A stretch of 14,327 nucleotides of DNA from the NCBI GenBank assembly GCA_038877255.1, contig JAVYWZ010000018.1:1-14327 (forward strand), given 5' to 3'. The notes below the pieces were generated by a model. It did no database searches, had not been told where the DNA came from, and saw nothing but the letters and a program-made list of their open reading frames with translations. The translations under genes were made by a program, and so were the position numbers. Position 1 is the stretch's first letter. The number at the start of each line of letters is the position of its first letter. This stretch comes from Candidatus Micrarchaeaceae archaeon. Its GTDB lineage: Archaea > Micrarchaeota > Micrarchaeia > Micrarchaeales > CABMGC01. This document shows positions 7,607 through 14,327 of this stretch, one piece after another.

Positions 7607-8623
7607 ATGCAAAAAAGCCACACAGGCGTTTTAGCTCCGTTTTCACGTTTCAGTAATCCCAAAGGAAAAGAGCGAATAAGTAAGCCTGCGGCTATGCTGT
7701 TTTCTGCAAGAAGCTTAATCCTTGTAATATCTTTCCAGGCTGCGGTAATTGCAGGCATACTCGCATATTTGGACAATAAGTTTAACGCGCTCTATTTCAT
7801 TGCACTTCTTGCTGCTTATATTGCACTTCACATGGCAAGCAATCTTAGCAATGATTATTTTGGCTATAGGCACGGCCACGATACTGCCGATTCGCCAAGA
7901 AGGAGGTACACGTTTCACCCGCTTGCAGACAACATTGTAAGCGAACGAGGCCTTAAGGTCTGGATTGTGATGCTGTTTGCTGTTGCCGTTGCGATAGCTG
8001 CATTCTTCACCTATGCCAGAGGTCTATTGATACTAATTTTTGTAGCAATAGGTTTGGCATTGTTCTTTCTTTATGATGCTTCGCCAATAACTCTGAAGAG
8101 TATCGGCTTGGGAGAAATTGCAGCCTTTGTAGTTTGGGGACCGTTGATGATTGGTGGCGGCTATTTTGCGATAACTGGAATTCTATCTCTCAACGCATTT
8201 CTTATATCGTTGCCTTATGGCTTAGGAGTAATGTCGATACTTATCGGCAAACACATAGACCAAATCGAGTTTGACAGGTCACATGGCCAAGGCACGTTGC
8301 CTGTAATAGCCGGAGAGAAAGCTGCAAGGGTATTGAACCAAGTGACAATAGTAGTGATGTACGGCATTGCGTTCCTGCTTGTTCTAAGCGCGTACGCTCC
8401 TGCAAGCTTGCTGATAATATTGTTCAACATTCCGCAAGCAGTACTGGCACTAAATACACTTTCAAAGCCAAGGCCGAAAAAACCGCCTGCAGGCTATATT
8501 GGCTGGCCGCTGTGGTACCACAGGCATTCGCTTGTACAGAACAGGAACTTCGGCTGGCTATACATCATTGGCTTGCTGATTGGTGCTGTACTCCTTTTGT
8601 TTAAAATACCTGTTTATTTATAG
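7607..8623 (+). CDS. menA: UbiA-superfamily prenyltransferase, MenA (1,4-dihydroxy-2-naphthoate prenyltransferase)-like
   Basis: Multi-pass membrane protein with SNLSNDYFGYRHGHD, LKSIGLGEIAAFVVWGPLMIGG and GKHIDQIEFDRSHGQGTLPVIAG. Substrate is not certain. Confidence 0.8.
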   Translation: MQKSHTGVLAPFSRFSNPKGKERISKPAAMLFSARSLILVISFQAAVIAGILAYLDNKFNALYFIALLAAYIALHMASNLSNDYFGYRHGHDTADSPRRRYTFHPLADNIVSERGLKVWIVMLFAVAVAIAAFFTYARGLLILIFVAIGLALFFLYDASPITLKSIGLGEIAAFVVWGPLMIGGGYFAITGILSLNAFLISLPYGLGVMSILIGKHIDQIEFDRSHGQGTLPVIAGEKAARVLNQVTIVVMYGIAFLLVLSAYAPASLLIILFNIPQAVLALNTLSKPRPKKPPAGYIGWPLWYHRHSLVQNRNFGWLYIIGLLIGAVLLLFKIPVYL

Positions 8624-8652
8624 TTTATTAGTAATTTACTTAACTGCATTGT

Positions 8653-9237
8653 ATGAAAAACAAACTGATTTATAGAACGCTTTCGGTAGCGTTTGCTCCT
8701 CAGATTTCTCCTATTTATTGGTTTTCACTGCTTTATTTTATCTACAAGAGCGCAGTTGCCCTGCTTATCTCAGTAGTGTTTGCTTCGGTAATAGAACTTG
8801 CATTGCTTTTTGCATATGTGAAAATATACAATACTGATTTTTTTGTTCTGGAAAGGGAGAAGCGAGCCCCTCTGTTTGTAGCGTCGATAACATCATATGC
8901 GATAGGCCTTGTTTTTCTGTATGTTTTTAGATCCGGCTTCTTTTTCAAGGCGCTCATGCTATCGTATGTAATTAACACAATTGTTGCTGCACTGATAACT
9001 AAATATGCGACAAAGGTCAGCGTGCACACCTGGGGTATTTCTGGCCCTGCAACTGTTCTTGGCTTCGCTTACGGCACATATGTGTTCATGCTTCTACTTG
9101 CTGTTGCTGCAATAGTGGGCTATGCGAGGATAGCGCTAAAAGCACATAACGCAAAGCAGGTCTTATATGCATTGCTCATTTCAGTATTAACGACATCTGC
9201 TGTTGTGTACTTGTTTGGTGTATATTTTGATTTGTAA
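8653..9237 (+). CDS. Integral membrane protein, PAP2 phosphatase-like
   Basis: About 6 hydrophobic segments with KVSVH and GYARIALKAHNAKQV, resembling the PAP2 C2 (SxH) and C3 (SRxxxxxHxxxQ/D) motifs. Confidence 0.7.
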   Translation: MKNKLIYRTLSVAFAPQISPIYWFSLLYFIYKSAVALLISVVFASVIELALLFAYVKIYNTDFFVLEREKRAPLFVASITSYAIGLVFLYVFRSGFFFKALMLSYVINTIVAALITKYATKVSVHTWGISGPATVLGFAYGTYVFMLLLAVAAIVGYARIALKAHNAKQVLYALLISVLTTSAVVYLFGVYFDL

Positions 9238-9239
9238 TT

Positions 9240-9617
9240 GCATTGTTGAATAATTTCACTACTCTTTTCTCTGAAAAGGTCAATATGCTTTCGATTTCTT
9301 GCTATGAATGGCGATCAGATGGGCAGAGATTGGGTGAGTTACAATGAGGAATTGGTAGTGCGCGTGATGAGAGTAAGAAATCAACTCAAAAAGCTTGGAA
9401 TAGTTAGAAAGATAACATATAAAGCATATGAAGATACATTTGCCGGAAAGTACAAATATACTATGAAATCGAGGATAAGCAAATATTACATGTAGTATTG
9501 CATTGTCTGGCAGTTGTTGAATAACTCCCTCGAGAAACGAAAACCAGCCAAAATCTTGTCGTCTGGAGGCGTTTTTGATATAAAATACTTAACGTCGGAA
9601 TAATTATTCAACACAGC
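9240..9617 (+). mobile_element. Internally deleted, non-autonomous IS5-family (IS903 group) element
   Basis: Left IR GCATTGTTGAATAATT (9240-9255) and right IR (9602-9617, reverse complement GCTGTGTTGAATAATT) share the TGTTGAATAA core of the IS903 IR GGCTTTGTTGAATAAATC. A third copy, GCAGTTGTTGAATAACT, lies at 9510-9526. No target-site duplication is visible. Confidence 0.78.
9304..9495 (+). pseudogene. IS5-family transposase N-terminal fragment fused to unrelated sequence
   Basis: MGRDWVSYNEELVVR matches the RxWxxYNExLVxRG start of IS903-group transposases. Similarity stops after this motif and no DDE domain follows. Confidence 0.7.
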
Positions 9618-9732
9618 AATATAGTATAACGAATGAACTACCTCGTAACTATTTCAGTAGTATATGCATAAGAGTCTGAATAGTAATAACTTGTATTCGT
9701 ACTCGAGCTTGTGTACTTTGCTTGTTCTCTAT

Positions 9733-9754
9733 AAAACCTCTTTAAAGAGGTTTT
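9733..9754. repeat. Perfect 22-bp palindrome abutting the tRNA 3' end
   Basis: AAAACCTCTTTAAAGAGGTTTT is self-reverse-complementary and includes the tRNA discriminator position. Confidence 0.85.
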
Positions 9755-9859
9755 GGACTCGGCGGGATTCGCACCCGCGACCTTTCCGTTTTTCGGTTTT
9801 TGAACTTCGTACGAGAAGCTTCTTGCGAACGGAACGCGCTACTGCTGCGCTACGAGCCC
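9754..9859 (-). tRNA. tRNA-Ala(CGC) with a 34-nt intron at 37/38 (intron 9790-9823); CCA not encoded
   Basis: The minus strand folds as GGGCTCG TA GCGC AGCAGTA GCGC G TTCCG TT CGC A [intron] A CGGAA AGGTC GCGGG TGCGAAT CCCGC CGAGTCC A. Mature length is 72 nt, with the G3:U70 alanine identity pair and anticodon at 9825-9827. UUCG(32-35) pairs with intron CGAA followed by an AA|A bulge (BHB-type). Confidence 0.95.
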
Positions 9860-9898
9860 TACTCATTATTTTAAATCTGTAGTTTATATTAATTTTGT
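9860..9898. promoter_or_regulatory. Compact bidirectional promoter between tRNA-Ala and cca
   Basis: 39-bp spacer containing TTTTAAAT about 25 bp upstream of the cca ATG and TTAATATAAA (minus strand) about 25-30 bp upstream of the tRNA 5' end. Confidence 0.6.
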
Positions 9899-11290
9899 AT
9901 GCCGCATGAAAACACGTTGCAAAGCGCTAAAGTCTCGCGCATCCTCACAAGCGTCCTTTCTGACATAAAGCCCACTGAGGAGGAGATCGCAATAGAGACA
10001 AACCAAGCCAACGAAATAGTAAACAGACTCAGGCGCGTTATTCCTAACGACGTTGAAATACGTGTAGTGGGCTCGCTTGCGCATGGCACTAACCTGCGCG
10101 GCTCGTCCGATATAGACATTTTTCTTCTTTTCAGCAAGAAAAAAGCAAAAAGCACGATAACTAAAGAAGGGCTTGAATACGCTAGGAAAATTGCAGGGAA
10201 GGGTGACACAGTGCGTATAAAATACGCCGAACATCCATATGCGCGTGTTTACTTTAGTTCTATGAATGCAGAAGCAGATATAGTGCCCGCTTATAAAATA
10301 GATAACATAGAGGAGATGGCAACCGCAGTTGACAGGTCGCCTATGCACTCTGATTTCATTATAAAGCGCCTTACAGACAAGCAGAAGGACGAGGTGCGCC
10401 TTCTTAAGCAGTATATGAAGTCGCACGGGCTTTATGGAGCAGAGGTATTTACCGGAGGCTTTTCTGGTTATCTTTGCGAACTGCTCGTTTACTATTTCGG
10501 CTCTTTCGAGAGTGTTTTGGGTTTCTTTGCCTCAAGCACATTGCCGATAGTGCTGCTGCCTGAGAAAGTGCGTGTGAATCGCGTTGAAACAGAGGAACTA
10601 GTGAAACGTTTTAATTCGCAGTTCATAGTGATTGATCCTGTGGATCCGAACAGGAACGTTGCGGCGCCTGTCTCGATAGACTCGCTTGCAAGGTTTGTAC
10701 TATTATCCAGGCAGTTTCTTTCAAAACCCAGCATCAAGGCGTTTTACGGTACTGGTTTTTCTCACAGATCTGCGCTTAGCGAAATAAGGCAGTTTTCAAG
10801 CAAAGCAGGAATTGATTGCTTTCTGCTCGTGTTCAAACTGCCAGACAAGAGCGAGGATGTTTTGTGGCCTCAGCTTAGGCGCGTGTCAGAGCAGATAAAG
10901 CAGTTTGTAGAGTCTTATGGCTTCAGCATTTCCATTCTTGCCCAAGCAATACAAGAAAGGAGCGGTCTCATCATGCTATGCGCGCAAAAGCAAGAGCTCG
11001 TTTCTAGGATTGTCAAAGGGCCGAGCGTGTTCATGCGCGATGCGGCAAACGCTTTCTTGAGAGCCCACAAAAAAGCCATAGGCAAGCTGATTGAAAAAGG
11101 CGCAATTGCCGCGCTGGAGCCCAACAGATTCAAAACCATAAGAGAAGCACTTGTTTATGTCTCTGAAGGCAAGCTCAGGAAGCGCCACAAGGACATTGTC
11201 ATAAAAGGCGTAAAGCTCTTCGTCAATAAAATACCAGCGCAATATGCAGATACTGTATACGCAAACGTATTAATGCGCATGCGCATTTAG
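9899..11290 (+). CDS. cca: CCA-adding enzyme (archaeal class I tRNA nucleotidyltransferase)
   Basis: VVGSLAHGTNLRGSSDIDIF, YAEHPY, DIVPAY, AVDRSPMH, GLYGAE, GGFSGYLCELL, IDPVDPNRNVAA. Confidence 0.96.
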   Translation: MPHENTLQSAKVSRILTSVLSDIKPTEEEIAIETNQANEIVNRLRRVIPNDVEIRVVGSLAHGTNLRGSSDIDIFLLFSKKKAKSTITKEGLEYARKIAGKGDTVRIKYAEHPYARVYFSSMNAEADIVPAYKIDNIEEMATAVDRSPMHSDFIIKRLTDKQKDEVRLLKQYMKSHGLYGAEVFTGGFSGYLCELLVYYFGSFESVLGFFASSTLPIVLLPEKVRVNRVETEELVKRFNSQFIVIDPVDPNRNVAAPVSIDSLARFVLLSRQFLSKPSIKAFYGTGFSHRSALSEIRQFSSKAGIDCFLLVFKLPDKSEDVLWPQLRRVSEQIKQFVESYGFSISILAQAIQERSGLIMLCAQKQELVSRIVKGPSVFMRDAANAFLRAHKKAIGKLIEKGAIAALEPNRFKTIREALVYVSEGKLRKRHKDIVIKGVKLFVNKIPAQYADTVYANVLMRMRI

Positions 11291-11871
11291 ATCGCAAACC
11301 TTCGCTCTTTTTTCATAATTTTAAGCAGCTCGCCCAGAAGCTCTATGCGTTGTTTATTTTGTTTATTTTGTTTGTTTTGTTTGCTTCTGTATGCGCCATT
11401 GGCAATTCTCAGAGCATTCTTATATAAAGATCTGCTACTAGAGAGAAGCTCATAAACATCTTTGTAATGTTTTTCTGCGTGCTGTCCGCAGTAGTCAGTA
11501 GCCTCAGCAACTATATTTTCAAGTATTTTTTCTTTCGCATATTTCCTTTTTTCTTGCCTATGCATCAGGGCTTCAAGATGCTCCCTTAGCACTATCGCCT
11601 TCGCATTCCTTATCCGAATGTCGCAAAGCAGGTGGCCTTCAATTATTACTGTGCCGTATTTTCTTTCGCTTACAATCTTGTTGAGCGCCTTTTCCAGGCC
11701 TTTAAGGTCTATTATAAATGAGCCATGCTTGTCTTTGCCTATTACAAAGCCTTTCTTTGCAACAGAGTTTGCACTTATCAGCACTGAGCCCTTTATCTTT
11801 TTATTGAGCAGTTCGGCAAGCCTGGTCTTGCCTGTGCATGGCGTTCCTGTTATTACTATTGTATTGGTCAT
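11287..11871 (-). CDS. AK6/Fap7-type adenylate kinase (archaeal putative nucleotide kinase)
   Basis: IVITGTPCTGKT P-loop, IIEGHL (hhhE/DxH motif), RKYAKEKILENIVAEATDYC. Confidence 0.85.
   Translation of the reverse strand: MTNTIVITGTPCTGKTRLAELLNKKIKGSVLISANSVAKKGFVIGKDKHGSFIIDLKGLEKALNKIVSERKYGTVIIEGHLLCDIRIRNAKAIVLREHLEALMHRQEKRKYAKEKILENIVAEATDYCGQHAEKHYKDVYELLSSSRSLYKNALRIANGAYRSKQNKQNKQNKQRIELLGELLKIMKKERRFAI
11350..11384 (-). repeat. In-frame 9-bp tandem repeat encoding KQN-KQN-KQN-KQ near the kinase C-terminus
   Basis: Plus strand TTGTTTATTTTGTTTATTTTGTTTGTTTTGTTTG; protein ...RSKQNKQNKQNKQRIELL. Confidence 0.8.
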
Positions 11872-11886
11872 GCTTGACTTATGCCT

Positions 11887-12495
11887 TTACGCTTGCTTAA
11901 ATAGCGCGCCTATCGCTTGGAGCAGATACGTTATAGTATCTCTTCCTGTTTCTATAGTTAGCACGTCGCTTGCAGGTATTTGCAGCGAAAGCACGTAGTT
12001 CTTCTGTCCTGAAAAGAGCCACGAGCCGAAAATGTTCTGTTTATATGCTACTGAAATATCTGCAACATAATTTGACGAGTTTACAAGCTTGCCAACAAGC
12101 GTATCTACGTTAGAATCGTAATTATCCAGCAATATGACCTCGTCTTCTGCCTCTCTTCTTGTTATTGCAACAGGCTTTATGTAAGGTATGCGCGCGAGAG
12201 AGGCCTTGCCAGCTATTACTGCATCTATCTGGTGGTATTGCGAAGTGAGGCTTTCTAGCTCAGTATCGAGCTTTGCCTTTTCGTCATTGTACTGCGCCAG
12301 CAAGCTGTCAAAATAAGCGTCAACGTCTTTGCTTATGTTATCGAATGTGCTTCTAAAGTCTTTTTTAACATAGTACTTGCTTGGATTAAGGAGCAGGTCG
12401 CGGAAGCTTACGTTGTATTTTTTATTTATTGAATTATCTAAGTCTTTTACGAACTGGTCTGTCTCATCGCTCCACGGAACATTTGTTTTTGCCAT
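11887..12495 (-). CDS. Hypothetical protein with a central coiled-coil-like segment; probably co-transcribed with the AK6-type kinase
   Basis: 202-aa ATG ORF preceded by GGTG on the minus strand and ending 15 bp before the kinase start. No family recognised. Confidence 0.8.
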   Translation of the reverse strand: MAKTNVPWSDETDQFVKDLDNSINKKYNVSFRDLLLNPSKYYVKKDFRSTFDNISKDVDAYFDSLLAQYNDEKAKLDTELESLTSQYHQIDAVIAGKASLARIPYIKPVAITRREAEDEVILLDNYDSNVDTLVGKLVNSSNYVADISVAYKQNIFGSWLFSGQKNYVLSLQIPASDVLTIETGRDTITYLLQAIGALFKQA

Positions 12496-12548
12496 AAAAG
12501 CACCAATAACTGATTATACTTAATGCTTAAAATATAAATGGTAATCGC

Positions 12549-13661
12549 ATGGAAACTGTGAAAGAAGGTCTCGCAAGCATTTATACGAATGGTGCTTTCT
12601 ACAACAGCAAAATGAGAAGGCTAAGGGACTTTTCAGTGCTTGCGCTTAAGGTTTTCGTAAGCGATTCTGCAAGGATATTAGACAGCACTGCCGCTACTGG
12701 CATAAGGGGCATACGCTACTTGCTTGAAGCAGCGCCGCATGGAGAATCAGTACTATTAGAAATAAATCCGAAGGCATATGAAACACTTAAATCCAATATA
12801 GCGCTCAACGGTCTCAGCAAGCAGGCGACCGCATTCAATACAAGCGTGCAATCGTTTGCAAATAACAATACTGCAAAAATAAGGTTTGATGTAATAGACC
12901 TAGATCCGTTCGGCACGCCAGCACCTTACATATACGACCTAATGAAACTTGCTAACAACAAAGCATTGTTTATGATTACTGCAACAGATACTGCAACGCT
13001 GTGCGGCGCCGAAGGCGACGCATGCCTGAGAATATATGCTGCAAAGCCGATAAAGAACGAGTTTTGCCATGAAGCGAGCATTCGCATATTGCTGGCGTAT
13101 GTGGCAAAAATAGCTGCACAATTTAACTTTGGGATAGAGCCTTTGCTAAGCATAGCAGAGCTGCATTACATAAGATTGTTCATAAAGCTCAACAAGGGCG
13201 CAAAAAACGCTGTAATTAGCGTAAAGAGCATAGGCACAGCAGCAAGCTGCAGTGCGTGCCATGCATTTTATTACTCGTTTGGGATAGGCATGCAAGAGCA
13301 AAAGTGCAAGCACTGTGGAAACAAACTGTCGTATTTTGGTCCTTTGTGGCTTTCGTCACTCTATGATAAGTCTGTTGTCGGAGAGATGTTTGATTTGGCT
13401 GAAGAGCCCGGAGAGCGCTCAACGCTTCAGAGCATGCTCAATGAGTATGACACGCCTTTCTTCTATAGCTTAGATAAGATAACAGAAAATATGCATATAG
13501 GCTCTGTAAAAAGAGAAGAGGTGATTGCTGCTCTTCTCAATAAAGGCCTTTACGCCAGCGCCACACTTTTTGGCAGTAGCGCGATAAAGACCAATGCAAG
13601 CATAGACGACGTCGAGCAGGCAGTTGGCGAGGCTCACACCAAAGCAACACTAAATAAGTAG
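12549..13661 (+). CDS. trm1: tRNA (guanine-26-N2)-(di)methyltransferase Trm1
   Basis: FYNSKMRRLRD, LDSTAATGIRGIRY, FDVIDLDPFGTPAPY, ITATDTATLCG, HEASIRIL, HYIRLF, CxxC...CxxC zinc site and GPLWLSSL. Confidence 0.94.
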   Translation: METVKEGLASIYTNGAFYNSKMRRLRDFSVLALKVFVSDSARILDSTAATGIRGIRYLLEAAPHGESVLLEINPKAYETLKSNIALNGLSKQATAFNTSVQSFANNNTAKIRFDVIDLDPFGTPAPYIYDLMKLANNKALFMITATDTATLCGAEGDACLRIYAAKPIKNEFCHEASIRILLAYVAKIAAQFNFGIEPLLSIAELHYIRLFIKLNKGAKNAVISVKSIGTAASCSACHAFYYSFGIGMQEQKCKHCGNKLSYFGPLWLSSLYDKSVVGEMFDLAEEPGERSTLQSMLNEYDTPFFYSLDKITENMHIGSVKREEVIAALLNKGLYASATLFGSSAIKTNASIDDVEQAVGEAHTKATLNK

Positions 13662-13757
13662 AAATGCTTATAAACGGTATTGGCTTCAGGAATTTATTGT
13701 ACAACGCACAAATAAACGAGCATTTTTATGTTTTTTTTGCAATATTAGCGTGAGCCT

Positions 13758-14327
13758 ATGGCAAAAATCGGAAAGGCTTTGCTGAAAAACAAAGGCAAAA
13801 AGCTCCAAAGAATAATAAGAGAAAAAGCAGCAATGCCTTCAGCAAGGGGCGTGCCTGCTGTAAAGTCACAATCCGCAATGGAATACCTTATGACATACGG
13901 CTGGGCCATTCTGATAATAGCCGTGGTGCTCGGCGCGCTCTTCGAGCTTGGCGTTTTCAGCTCCAACACCTTCGCGCCTAAGGCGTCGCCTGGCGCATGC
14001 CAGGTCTTCAGGCCTAATGGGCCTTACACAACTTCTTTCATAAACCTTGAGGGCGTTTGCAATGGCGAGCTGCCGGAGTATGTGGCATATTTCAATGGTA
14101 ATGGTTTTACAAAACAGAGTAATTTACTTAACGGTATTCCTGACTTTACTATAATCGCTTGGATCTATCCAACCCAAAATAGCTATGGTTATATATACCA
14201 AGAAGGCGACGGAGTATGTCCTCTTTTTGGTCTTTATGGCAACCCTCTTGCTTTGAGTATATGGAATGTGCACACCACGAACAACTGGGTTACCTCCTCT
14301 TCAGATATATCCGCACCAATTAATAAA
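13758..14327 (+). CDS. Class III signal peptide (pilin-like) LamG-domain surface protein; runs off the right edge
   Basis: Translated by hand: MAKIGK...VKSQSAMEYLMTYGWAILIIAVVLGALFELGVF...PGACQVFRPNGP...NLEGVCNGELPEYVAYFNG...FTIIAWIYPT..., open to the window end. An alternative in-frame ATG lies at 13833. Confidence 0.9.
   Translation, partial: MAKIGKALLKNKGKKLQRIIREKAAMPSARGVPAVKSQSAMEYLMTYGWAILIIAVVLGALFELGVFSSNTFAPKASPGACQVFRPNGPYTTSFINLEGVCNGELPEYVAYFNGNGFTKQSNLLNGIPDFTIIAWIYPTQNSYGYIYQEGDGVCPLFGLYGNPLALSIWNVHTTNNWVTSSSDISAPINK

Noticed and set aside
5900..9780. Integrase-type island with attL/attR duplication of the tRNA 3' end
   Set aside because: I found no second copy of the tRNA 3' sequence by eye and no integrase in the window.
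9664..9882. 72-aa plus-strand ORF
   Set aside because: It is antisense to the tRNA-Ala gene and has no protein features.
9884..13969. Antisense ORFs within cca, the kinase, trm1 and the right-hand LamG gene
   Set aside because: They are shadows of well-supported genes.
1..14327. CRISPR array or diversity-generating retroelement
   Set aside because: There are no regularly spaced direct repeats, no reverse transcriptase and no TR/VR pair differing at adenines that I could see.

Overview
Archaeal chromosomal window. The gene families and motif style point to DPANN, most likely Micrarchaeota (inference). Each end carries a partial gene, missed by the ORF track, for a class III signal peptide (type IV pilin-like) LamG surface protein: <1..1500 on the minus strand and 13758..>14327 on the plus strand. 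From left to right the interior holds: a wHTH-REC-degenerate GGDEF response regulator, a small basic protein and an Lhr helicase. Next is an accessory block (~5950-9620) with a Mug-family uracil-DNA glycosylase preceded by an orphan IS200/IS605 tnpB 3'-end/omegaRNA remnant, a 60-aa ORF, a DUF488 gene, a MenA/UbiA prenyltransferase, a PAP2-like membrane protein and an internally deleted IS5 (IS903 group) element. Last is a tRNA/RNA-maturation cluster: intron-containing tRNA-Ala(CGC) head-to-head with cca, an AK6-type kinase, a hypothetical gene and trm1. The best candidates for undescribed biology are the archaeal REC-GGDEF-like regulator facing an adhesin gene, the remodelled orphan omegaRNA in the leader of mug, the Lhr/Mug/DUF488 cluster, and the constant/variable mosaic structure of the right-hand LamG gene.
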